A DNA stretch of 28,296 bases, filler included, from an uncultured virus (IMG/VR IMGVR_UViG_2061766007_004279) (taxonomy: Duplodnaviria; Heunggongvirae; Uroviricota; Caudoviricetes). It is 2 parts of one record of this genome, joined end to end, with 100 filler letters (N's around TTAATTAATTAA, not from the genome) between each part and the next. Parts side by side here need not be neighbours in the genome. Positions count along the whole stretch, not along the records: positions 1 to 10,847 come from IMGVR_UViG_2061766007_004279; positions 10,948 to 28,296 come from IMGVR_UViG_2061766007_004279. The stretch is one strand, 5' to 3'. The notes under the pieces were generated by a model that saw only the letters and a program-made list of their open reading frames with translations, had not been told where the DNA came from and did no database searches. The translations under genes were made by a program, and so were the position numbers. Each line of letters begins with the position of its first letter. The first letter of the stretch is position 1. Below are positions 9,607 through 18,600 of the stretch, one piece after another.

Positions 9607-10588
9607 GATTTTTCTTAAAATGGTCTTTCAGATTCTGAACGATATGTTCAGGGTCTTTTTTTATTTCGTCAACGATAAAGTCGATCGCCTGAATGGAATA
9701 GCTATAAGTCGGTGTATCGTACTGGGTGTGGGTGTAGCAGTAACGCTGGTCATCTTTAAGGCTGTAGTATTTGACGAAAAGATTAAAGTGATAATTATTA
9801 AACTCTACGGGAGCATTGTTATAGATGAGATCAATGCCAAGACGTTTCAGACGAGCCCGGACCTCCCTGTAGCACTTTTTCGCGGTGTATGGGTATATGC
9901 CATTAACGTCCTTGATTTCCTTTATGATCGTCGCTCCTGCTGCGGCGTTGCGATCGATGTGAACAATGTCCGTTGCCTTGTTCTTGTCTTTGGTTATNNN
10001 NNNNNNNNNNNNNNNNNNNNNNNNNNNNNNNNNNNNNNNNNNNNNNNNNNNNNNNNNNGTGGTGATCAGGCGTTCGGAGATCTGGCCGGGATACTTCGCG
10101 CGGATCTCTTCCTCTGTAAGGGAAGACATGGATACCGTGAGAGTAAGGAAGTTTGCCGGTATCACGGACGTCATATCGATCCCATGGAACTCCTGCATCT
10201 TCTCCACAAAGTTGAACACGCAGGCCTGGAACAGAGGGATGTATACCATCTCATACTCTTCAACGATGAAGTGGGTGCTGGTATTACGAAGGTCAACGAT
10301 CCGGCTTAAGTTTTTACGAAGGGGTGCGTGTTCGTTGGTAAAAACCTCCCTGATGCAGTTTTCAAGGGTGATAGTACGCTCGGGGTGGTCTTTATAGTAG
10401 ATAGAAGCCTCGCCCTTCGTGTTCACAAGATGAGCTTTCAGCATCAGTTCCCAGGCGTTGCAGATGAAGAAGCTGAACCCTTCGACCCGGTAACGGATGG
10501 ATGGCTTGTTATACACTTCTATGGCCAGAAGGAAAGCCTCCTTGGATTTATCCAGAAGCTTAGACACAAAACCGTTATCATTCTCCAT
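9599..10588 (-). CDS. DUF3644-like HEPN-domain predicted ribonuclease, low-GC cargo (variant B)
   Basis: KSKEAFLLAIEVYNKP..YRVEGFSFFICNAWELMLKA N-terminus recognised as DUF3644-like; HEPN Rx4H motif RNTSTH at 10271-10288; start ATG 10588 with AGAAGGTG RBS. Confidence 0.8.
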   Translation of the reverse strand: MENDNGFVSKLLDKSKEAFLLAIEVYNKPSIRYRVEGFSFFICNAWELMLKAHLVNTKGEASIYYKDHPERTITLENCIREVFTNEHAPLRKNLSRIVDLRNTSTHFIVEEYEMVYIPLFQACVFNFVEKMQEFHGIDMTSVIPANFLTLTVSMSSLTEEEIRAKYPGQISERLITXXXXXXXXXXXXXXXXXXXXXITKDKNKATDIVHIDRNAAAGATIIKEIKDVNGIYPYTAKKCYREVRARLKRLGIDLIYNNAPVEFNNYHFNLFVKYYSLKDDQRYCYTHTQYDTPTYSYSIQAIDFIVDEIKKDPEHIVQNLKDHFKKNQS

Positions 10589-10657
10589 ATGTGCACCTTC
10601 TTTCGTTATTCCANNNNNNNNNNNNNNNNNNNNNNNNNNNNNNNNNNNNNNNNNNNN

Positions 10658-10847
10658 GACGAGGCGGAGGTCGCGGCCGGAGTCGGGGGCGACGTCGTCG
10701 TCGGCGTCGGAGCGGCTGCGGTTCAGGGAGAAGAGGTGGACGCAGCCGAGGGCGTCGAGGCAGAACTGCTTGACGAGGAAGCCGCCGTCGAGGAAGAAGG
10801 CGGCCACTTCGCCGTCGCGGGGGACGCGCTTGACGCCGAGGGCGACG
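10658..10847 (-). CDS. Fragment of S24 peptidase (LexA/CI-type) domain, probably the variant B repressor
   Basis: RVPRDGEVAAFFLDGGFLVKQF...LFSLNR resembles the S24 C-terminal region with catalytic Lys; it sits between the cargo and the second cro. Confidence 0.6.
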
Positions 10848-10947
10848 NNNNNNNNNNNNNNNNNNNNNNNNNNNNNNNNNNNNNNNNNNNNTTAATTAAT
10901 TAANNNNNNNNNNNNNNNNNNNNNNNNNNNNNNNNNNNNNNNNNNNN

Positions 10948-11003
10948 TGGCGATATCACCAGAGGAAGCTGCGCATATTTTTTTGGCCGAGAACTCGCAA
11001 TAA
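10948..11003 (+). CDS. 3' end of a second Cro-like gene (variant B)
   Basis: LAISPEEAAHIFLAENSQ* is a typical Cro-like tail, followed by the same repeat element and xis start as variant A. Confidence 0.6.
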
Positions 11004-11285
11004 TGCGAGAAGAGCCCAATGTAATGGGTCTGCGAGGAAGAGGACGAGCACCGGAGCGGATGAGCTTTCGAACCTGAGAGGAAGCGAATGATGCGAAGTT
11101 TGTGAGGACGATTGGAGGACGTTATGCAGACACTTACCGAAATCGAAGCCTGCGAGCGGGAGATGCTGGTGCCGNNNNNNNNNNNNNNNNNNNNNNNNNN
11201 NNNNNCGAGGTCAAGAACATGAACCTGCTTGAACTGGCAGAGGCGAAGGAAGAGATCAGAGCGATCGAGCGGGAGCTGGGGATCC

Positions 11286-11480
11286 ATGGCTGACAAAGAG
11301 AGGATCATGGCGCTCGACTGCGATCTCTGCCGATGGCCGGGCGAGTACAAGGATCCCGATGCTTTGTGGGAGCAGAAGTGCGACACCTGTCCGCTTCTGG
11401 CGTATCTGGAGGAAGAGGAAGAAAGAACATTTCCGAGCATGAAAGAAGCCGCTTCGGAGCGGGCACTCCGGAGCGGCTGA
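11286..11480 (+). CDS. Small Cys-rich phage protein
   Basis: CDLCRWP...CDTCPL; start overlaps the preceding short ORF. Confidence 0.6.
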   Translation: MADKERIMALDCDLCRWPGEYKDPDALWEQKCDTCPLLAYLEEEEERTFPSMKEAASERALRSG

Positions 11481-11513
11481 GAAAGGAACGGGAACAGCAT
11501 GGAATACTTTTGG

Positions 11514-11855
11514 TCAATCTTTCTCGGCTGTCTGATCTCCTACCTCATAGTCGAAATCATCAAGGGATATGTAAAAACAATCAAGGACGGTTTTGTACAT
11601 TCGGAAAAGGCTGAAAGCCACGTGGATGGAGCACGCGATCATAAAAATCAGATACAAAGTTCCGCCTTTGATAAGGCAGGTGAACGAAACATCGGCAATC
11701 AAAGCTAATACGCAAAAAGCAAATCCCATGAGACGTTTCTTATAATTCGATGCTTCTTNNNNNNNNNNNNNNNNNNNNNNNNNNNNNNNNNGCCAGATAA
11801 TAAACGCAGAAGTAAGAGCTGCCGCGACTGTTGTATAGAACACTTTCATATCCAT
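11514..11855 (-). CDS. Low-GC membrane protein oriented against the early operon
   Basis: Three hydrophobic segments; AAAGGCGGTG RBS before ATG 11855; small internal gap. Confidence 0.55.
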   Translation of the reverse strand: MDMKVFYTTVAAALTSAFIIWXXXXXXXXXXXXEASNYKKRLMGFAFCVLALIADVSFTCLIKGGTLYLIFMIACSIHVAFSLFRMYKTVLDCFYISLDDFDYEVGDQTAEKD

Positions 11856-12011
11856 ATCACTCACCGCCTTTCCATCCCAATATACCATGAGAGGCGGAAA
11901 AACAACAAGGGGGAGATCAGGCGTGAATCCATATTCTCAGCAGGCCGAGGAGAAGCTGCGGGCGGAGGCCGAGAAGGGCACGTACGACCGCTGNNNNNNN
12001 NNNGGAAGAGG

Positions 12012-12385
12012 ATGACGATCGATAAGAGCGCCGAGGAGAAGCTGCGGGCGGAGGCCGAGAAGGGCACGTACGACCGCTGTGCCAACGTGATGAAGAAGCC
12101 GGTGCTGGAGCAGCTCGTCGCCTTCTGCAGGCAGAACGAAGAGTTCGCCGAGGCCGTGGTGCAGGGCGGATCCTTTGAGGAGTGCATGAAGGCCGTGGCC
12201 AAGGGCTGCGGGCAGGCGCTCTCCGATCTGGAGGCGTACAAGCGCGCCGCCGCCTTCTACTTCAAGGGCGCGGACGTGGCGATGCAGCTGACGATCCGCC
12301 TGGCCGGGGATCCGGAGAAGCCGGCNNNNNNNNNNNNNNNNNNNNNNNNNNNNNNNNNNNNNNNNNNNNNNNAGACTTCCTATGA
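12012..12385 (+). CDS. PcfK-like phage protein
   Basis: LVAFCRQNEEFAEAVVQGGSFEECMKAV...LSDLEAYKRAAAFYF and a DFL* end overlapping the PcfJ start. Confidence 0.65.
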
Positions 12386-14277
12386 GAGGTCCGGCGTGCA
12401 ACATGCCCGCGGCAGAGCGGGAGCGGCTGGCGGGGCGCTTCGCTTATCCCTCGCTGGAGGAACTGATCGAGGCGAAGCGGGCCTTTCCCCGGTACATCTT
12501 CTACGACACATGGGGAAGGAGGGGGTTCCGCGAGGTGTTCTGCCCGGAGTGCGGGCGCTTCGATATCGAGAAGGAACGCGCGTACGACGTGTACACGGAC
12601 AACTTCTTCGACTTCCACCACGGCGACAACGCCAACTGCCCCCAGTGCGGGGCGGAGGGCATGCTGATCTGCCTGGGGAAGATGCGGAACATGAANNNNN
12701 NNNNNGAAGATGCGGAACATGAACTCCCTGGCGCAGACCCGGAAGGCGCTGATCCTGCGGGGAGGGGACGAGGCCCTCACGGCGATGGCCGGCACCTTCA
12801 CGATGGAGTACGCCTTCAACGACCTGGACCCGTATCCGATGTGGTACCNNNNNNNNNNNNNNNNNNNNNNNNNNNNNNNNNNNNNNNNNNGCGGGACGCG
12901 GATGAAGTGGACGCGCGAGGAGCGGGGGCGCTTTGAGAAGGGGCGCTGGGTGTGCGAGGGCGAGGTCTGGCGGGAGAACAGGACCGTGACCGAGCCGTTC
13001 CCGGACGGGTACAACATGGGCGGCGGGTTCCTGGACGGGAGCTACGACGTGATCGGGGCGTGGGAGATCCAGAGATCGCCGCTGCGGTATTCGCAGCTGG
13101 TCGAAGCCTTCTTCTCCATCGCGGGCGTGGACCTGACGATGCCGGAGGGCGAGGCAGTGCGCGGGGTGATCCCGTATCTGGCGGAGTACACGCGGCGGCC
13201 GCAGATGGAGATGCTGGTGAAGCTGGAGCACACCGACGTGATCGAGGACCTGCTGCGGGGCGAGACGCACGCCTCCGTGCTGGACTGGAAGGCAAAGACG
13301 CCGGNNNNNNNNNNNNNNNNNNNNNNNNNNNNNNNNNNNNNNNNNNNNNNNNNNNNNNNNNNNNNNNNNNNNNNNNNNNNNNNNNNNNNNNNNNNNNNNN
13401 NNNNNNNNNNNNNNNNNNNNNNNNNNNNNNNNNNNNNNNNNNNNNNNNNNNNNNNNNNNNNNNNNNNNNNNNNNNNNNNNNNNNNNNNNNNNNNNNNNNN
13501 NNNNNNNNNNNNNNNNNNNNNNNNNNNNNNNNNNNNNNNNNNNNNNNNNNNNNNNNNNNNNNNNNNNNNNNNNNNNNNNNNNNNNNNNNNNNNNNNNNNN
13601 NNNNNNNNNNNNNNNNNNNNNNNNNNNNNNNNNNNNNNNNNNNNNNNNNNNNNNNNNNNNNNNNNNNNNNNNNNNNNNNNNNNNNNNNNNNNNNNNNNNN
13701 NNNNNNNNNNNNNNNNNNNNNNNNNNNNNNNNNNNNNNNNNNNNNNNNNNNNNNNNNNNNNNNNNNNNNNNNNNNNNNNNNNNNNNNNNNNNNNNNNNNN
13801 NNNNNNNNNNNNNNNNNNNNNNNNNNNNNNNNNNNNNNNNNNNNNNNNNNNNNNNNNNNNNNNNNNNNNNNNNNNNNNNNNNNNNNNNNNNNNNNNNNNN
13901 NNNNNNNNNNNNNNNNNNNNNNNNNNNNNNNNNNNNNNNNNNNNNNNNNNNNNNNNNNNNNNNNAGGAGCGGCGCTGCGGCACTGCGTGGCGGGCTACGC
14001 GGAGCGGCACGTGAAGGGGATCAAGACGATATTGTTCCTGCGGTGGAGCGACGATATCGGCACGCCGTACGTGACCGTGGAGATGAACGGGAGCACGGTG
14101 GTGCAGATCCACGGCTACCGGAACGAGCGGAACGCCGGCCAGTGCCGGCCGGAGGCGATCCACGCGGGATTCCTCAGCGAGTGGCTGCGGTGGCTCCGGC
14201 AGGGCAGCCCGAGGATGCAGAACGGAAAGCCCGTAAGGGCGATCATTGATACAGAGACGGAGGTCAAAACGGCATGA
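12382..14277 (+). CDS. PcfJ-domain protein (gapped)
   Basis: N-terminal CPECG/CPQCG zinc ribbons; C-terminal GAALRHCVAGYAERH...ILFLR...PYVTVE...QIHGYRN is characteristic of PcfJ. Confidence 0.8.
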
Positions 14278-15139
14278 ATGAAACGGGGAAAGATCCTTCG
14301 CTGACGCTCAGGATGACAGAGGCGGAGAACATGACGCCGGAGCAGCTGGGCGGGGAGATCCGCCTGCTGACCGGGCAGGCGCGGCGGATGGCGCTGAGCT
14401 ACGCGATCCAGATCGGGTACCGGCTGAAGCTGGCGCACGAGAAGGTGGGGCCGCACGGCTGGGCGGAATGGCTGGGGAAGGAGACGGAGTTNNNNNNNNN
14501 NNNNNNNNNNNNNNNNNNNNNNNNNNNNNNGTTCGGTGTGGGAAATAATTTTCCAACGTTGGAAAAAATCAGCGTTTCCAATGCTTTGCGGCTCCTTGCC
14601 GTACCGGAGGAGGAGCGGGAGCAGGTAGCGGAAGAGCTGGACGCGGAGCACATCTCCGCCCGCGAGCTGGAGAAGGCGCTCAAGGAGCGGGACGAGGCGA
14701 AGAAGGCCGCCGAGAAGGCGGAGGCGGANNNNNNNNNNAGAAGGCGAAGGAGGCCGGGGACCTGGCCGAGCGGATCAGCGGCGAGAGGACCGAACTGAAC
14801 GGCGCGCTCGGGCAGATGAAGGCCGAGAAGGCAAAGCTGGAGCTCCGCGTGCGCGAGCTGGAGAGCCGCCCCGTGGAGGTCGCGGTGGAGAAGGACCCGG
14901 AGGCGGAGAANNNNNNNNNNNNNNNNNNNNNNNNNNNNNNNNNGAAGCTGGAGAGCGCGGAGAGCGGCGCGGACGCCGCGATCCTTCTGGCCAGGCAGGC
15001 GCAGGAGGGCTTCGCCGGCGCGATGGACCGGATCGAGGCCATGAAGGGAACGCACCCGGAGACCGCGGAGAAGCTGCTGAAGGGCATGGAGAAGATCGCC
15101 GCAGCCCTGACGGAACGGGTGAAGGAGGCGATGGGATGA
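14274..15139 (+). CDS. DUF3102-domain coiled-coil phage protein (gapped)
   Basis: AIQIGYRLKLAHEKVGPHGWAEWL...SNALRLLAVPEEERE...SARELEKALKE...ELESRPVEVAV. Confidence 0.75.
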
Positions 15140-15218
15140 TGCGGTTCCTGGCGGGCATGCTGGTGGGCGCGATCGTGGTGATCGACGTGGCGATCATCCT
15201 GTCGAAGGGAGGAAGACT

Positions 15219-15530
15219 GTGACCGACTACACGGAGATGGTCAAGCGCCTGCGGGCCTGCGCCGAGGGAGACTGCCGGCATTTCCTGCGAGTAGCGGGCG
15301 AGGCCTGCGTGGCGCCCCTGCTGCGGGAGGCCGCGGACGCGATCGAGGCGCAGCAGACGGAGAACGAGGCCGTCTGGAAGGNNNNNNNNNNNNNNNNNNN
15401 GGAGCAGGGGTGCGAGCTCAATCTTTACGACCAGGAGGAGATCCACGACGACTGCACCGTCATCATCTGGCGCAACTCCGTCACCGGCGAGGAGAGCGTC
15501 GGGTGGTATGAGAACGGAGGCGAGGCATGA
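15219..15530 (+). CDS. Hypothetical phage early protein
   Basis: GGAGG RBS; LLREAADAIE motif; EEIHDDCTVIIWRNSVTGEESVGWY tail. Confidence 0.6.
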   Translation: MTDYTEMVKRLRACAEGDCRHFLRVAGEACVAPLLREAADAIEAQQTENEAVWKXXXXXXXEQGCELNLYDQEEIHDDCTVIIWRNSVTGEESVGWYENGGEA

Positions 15531-16125
15531 CGGACCGGAAAAAAGAACCGTCCCCGATTCCGGCGGCACCGATCCCGGAGGATCCGAAACGGTATACCTG
15601 CGAGAGGACGGACTGCCGCTNNNNNNNNNNNNNNNNNNNNNNNNNNTGCAATTACATGATGATCACCGGGAAGAGCAAGATCGTCCAGCTCTCCATCGAG
15701 GAGCGGAAGCACGGAAAGTGCCACCTGTACGATCCGACGGACACCTCATCCGCCCCTGACGGGGCACCTTCCCCTCGAGGGGAAGGCTTCCGGGCGAGGG
15801 AGCACAAGTACGCGCCGGAGCCGGGAAAGCCGGCACGGGCGAAGCAGACGAGGAACGCGCTTCCCACACGCCCCGTGGAGCGGGAGCGGAGCCGGAGGAT
15901 GCGGGAGCTGTACGAGCAGGGGCTGAACGACTGCGAGATCGCCGAAGCCATGGGCATCACGTCCGCGANNNNNNNNNNNNNNNNNNNNNNNNNNNNNNNN
16001 NNCACAGGGGGCTGGTGTCCCACCGCGTCCTGCAGTCGAAGGATCTGGCGGAGCGGATGCGGGAGCTGTACGAGCGGGGCCTGAACGACGTGGAGATCGC
16101 CTGCGGCGCCGGGTGCATGCGCAAG
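15527..16125 (+). CDS. Phage protein with Cys cluster and repeated HTH (RELYExGLNDxEIA); gapped
   Basis: CERTDC...CNYMMITGKS...CHLY, then MRELYEQGLNDCEIA and MRELYERGLNDVEIA. Confidence 0.55.
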
Positions 16126-16393
16126 ANNNNNNNNNNGAGGAGGGGAAAACCATGACTTCCAAAAGCAAGGCGAAACTTCTGACGGCGCTGATCACCGTGC
16201 TGCTGATCCTGCTGGCCGCCGACGCGGTGGCCATCTGGCCGGCGGCGCTGCCCTGGGNNNNNNNNNNNNNNNNNNNNNNNNNNNNNNNNNNNNNNNNNNN
16301 NNNNNNNNNNNNNNNNNNNNNNNNNNNNNNNNNNNNNNNNNNNNNNNNNNNNNNNNNNNNNNNNGGCGTGGTACGCGGAAAAGGAGAGCGGCG

Positions 16394-16749
16394 ATGTTTG
16401 ACGGGAAACGGCTTCTGAAGGCCATCGAGCGCGAGGAGAAGTACGGGGTCGTGCTGGTGTTCGACGAGATCATGTTCACGGTGATCGGCAGCGACTGGAT
16501 GGCCGAGACCACGCGGGGCCGCCTGCTGGACAGCTACCGGGAGGTGCTGGGGCACATCGCGGAAGTGCTCGGGTTCATCCCGGAGACGGAGTGCCTGCGC
16601 GNNNNNNNNNNATTCCGGCCCCGGGAGGACACGAGCTCCGAGCGGGAGATCGGGCTGTGGAGGCATCTGGAAAGCGTGAGCTGGAACGAGTGGGCCGCCG
16701 GCCCGGGAGAGGAGGANNNNNNNNNNGGAAGAAGGAGGAAGAGGCGTGA
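16394..16749 (+). CDS. Hypothetical phage protein (gapped)
   Basis: AAAGGAG RBS; open frame with phage-like codon usage; end approximate. Confidence 0.5.
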
Positions 16750-17063
16750 CGCTGGGGCGGATCGAGATCAACACCGCGCTGGGGACGCCGCTGACGCTGC
16801 GCCGGTACCCGGTGGTGAAGGAGACGAAGCGGAACATCCATTACCGGAAGGAAAACGGCGTGACGGGCACGGTCGCCCGGCAGCAGCTGTTCCGGCCGAT
16901 CGTNNNNNNNNNNNNNNNNNNNNNNNNNNNNNNNNNNNNNNNNNNNNNAGGCGCCGAGGAGAGCATGGTCTGCCTGGACCTGCTGACGGACGCCCTGGAG
17001 AAGGAACTGCAGTTCTGCGCCAACTGCCTGCTGGAGATGAAGCGGGCGATCGAGGACTACTGA
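16746..17063 (+). CDS. Hypothetical phage protein
   Basis: GGAGG RBS; YPVVKETKRNIHY. Confidence 0.5.
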   Translation: MTLGRIEINTALGTPLTLRRYPVVKETKRNIHYRKENGVTGTVARQQLFRPIXXXXXXXXXXXXXXXXGAEESMVCLDLLTDALEKELQFCANCLLEMKRAIEDY

Positions 17064-17075
17064 AAGGAGAAGACC

Positions 17076-17243
17076 ATGGAACAGACCAACGAGACCGTAT
17101 GCTGTGAGGAGTGCCAGAAGCAGCTGGAGGAGGCCGGGTTCGAGGTGATCCTTATGGGGAACGGGGAGAGCGGCGAATGCGGCGTGTGCAACGAGAAGCG
17201 GATCGTGTACCGGGCGATCTGGAAAAAGAAGAAAAAGAAGTGA
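17076..17243 (+). CDS. Small zinc-finger protein with poly-Lys tail
   Basis: AAAGGAG RBS; MEQTNETVCCEECQKQL...ECGVCNEKRIVYRAIWKKKKKK* (55 aa, absent from the ORF track). Confidence 0.6.
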   Translation: MEQTNETVCCEECQKQLEEAGFEVILMGNGESGECGVCNEKRIVYRAIWKKKKKK

Positions 17244-17440
17244 ACGGAAAAGCCCGGGCGCGTACNNNNNNNNNNNNNNNNNNNNNNNNNNNNNNNNNNN
17301 NNNNNNNCGAGGGCCGGAGGGCCGATACTTATATACTCACGCGCACGGGCGCGCGGATTTATGGCGGGGCTCATTAGCGTCTAACGTTTCGACAAGAAGG
17401 GAAGACGCACGCTNNNNNNNNNNNNNNNNNNNNCAGGCTG

Positions 17441-18187
17441 ATGGAGTACAGGATCATTTCCGGGAGGACGACAGAGATCCGGAGGACCATGATGCCCTGG
17501 CGGGAGTCAGGGTGTAAGGTCCGCCGGGGGACACGGGTGAAGGGGAAGACCTCGCTGCGGAAGATCCTGGCCAATGAGCGGGAGAGCGTGAAGAACCTTG
17601 CCCGCATCCTCAACTGCAACTTCGGGCAGGGGGACTGCTGGATCACCCTCACCTATCCCGAGGACGCCCTGCCGGAGAGCCGGGAGGACGCCAAGGAGCA
17701 GCTGGGAAAGTTCCTCCGAAAGTGCCGGGACGCCTTCCGGAAGGATACCGGGAAGAGCCTGCGCTACGTGGTGAGCGTGGGGGACCGGGACGGGAAGACC
17801 GGGGAGACGGGCAAACGCCTGCACCTGCACATCGTGATGGACGCGCTCGCCTATGAGACCGTGACGAAGCTCTGGCCCGCCGAGGACGTCACCTACCGCC
17901 GCCTGGACGGGCGCGGGGACTATACCGGCATCGCCCGCTATATGGTCACCAACGCCGGGCCCGCCGACGGGAAGAAGCGGTGGAGCTCCTCCAAGGGACT
18001 GGAAAAGCCGATCTTCACCGAGCCGGTGCCCGTGTCGGAGAAAGAGAGGATCCCCGTGCCGCGCAATATCAGCGTGAAGGAGCGGGAGGAATACCGGGAC
18101 GAGGAGACCGGGATGTATTCGGCCTACCTGCGGTATACGACGCCGAGGAAGCCGGGAAGGCAGGCTTCGGAGCGGAGGAGAAGATGA
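17441..18187 (+). CDS. HUH-family rolling-circle-type replication initiator (Rep)
   Basis: Motif I WITLTY, motif II RLHLHIVM, motif III IARYMVTN; WSSSKGL.KP tail. Confidence 0.8.
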   Translation: MEYRIISGRTTEIRRTMMPWRESGCKVRRGTRVKGKTSLRKILANERESVKNLARILNCNFGQGDCWITLTYPEDALPESREDAKEQLGKFLRKCRDAFRKDTGKSLRYVVSVGDRDGKTGETGKRLHLHIVMDALAYETVTKLWPAEDVTYRRLDGRGDYTGIARYMVTNAGPADGKKRWSSSKGLEKPIFTEPVPVSEKERIPVPRNISVKEREEYRDEETGMYSAYLRYTTPRKPGRQASERRRR

Positions 18188-18523
18188 GGTTTAACGCGAT
18201 CGGAGGATGCAGGAGGAAAGTCCGCGAACAGAAGTACATCTTTGCGATGCTGGGGGCATGGGACAGCCTGCCCCTGGAGCGGCGCGCCGAGCTGCGCCTT
18301 CTGATCAGCTCCGTATGTAGCGGAGCGGAAGAGGAGAGGGCGCTGTTCGACGTGCTCGTACGGCAGAGNNNNNNNNNNCAGCGGAGCGGAAGAGGAGAGG
18401 GCGCTGTTCGACGTGCTCGTACGGCAGAGAGAACCGGAGACGGCGGCAGCCAGGACGGGGATCACGATCCGGAGACTGTACGCGCTGCGGAGGGAGTTTT
18501 ACGAGCGGGCGGAGATCCGGTAA
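18184..18523 (+). CDS. Small HTH protein, probable late-gene regulator (internal assembly duplication)
   Basis: ERALFDVLVRQREPETAAARTGITIRRLYALRREFY; located just before the terminase genes. Confidence 0.5.
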
Positions 18524-18600
18524 AAAACTGCAAGAAAGTGCAAGCCGCGCGCACGCCTCTCTGTGCGCGGGCGAACGATTAACGGGGCGGTGAAAAAGCT

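Noticed and set aside
9599..10807. 402-aa ORF suggesting a peptidase-HEPN fusion
   Set aside because: The ORF runs through an N gap. The GC-rich S24 fragment and the AT-rich HEPN gene (own RBS and ATG at 10588) are separate genes.
10892..10902. Isolated TTAATTAATTA island between gaps
   Set aside because: Only about 11 bases with no context; uninterpretable.
12676..12724. Short direct repeats flanking 10-N gaps (also 18320-18428, 27515-27695, 27583-27632 vs 28005-28054)
   Set aside because: These are contig-end overlaps from scaffolding, not biological repeats or programmed frameshifts.
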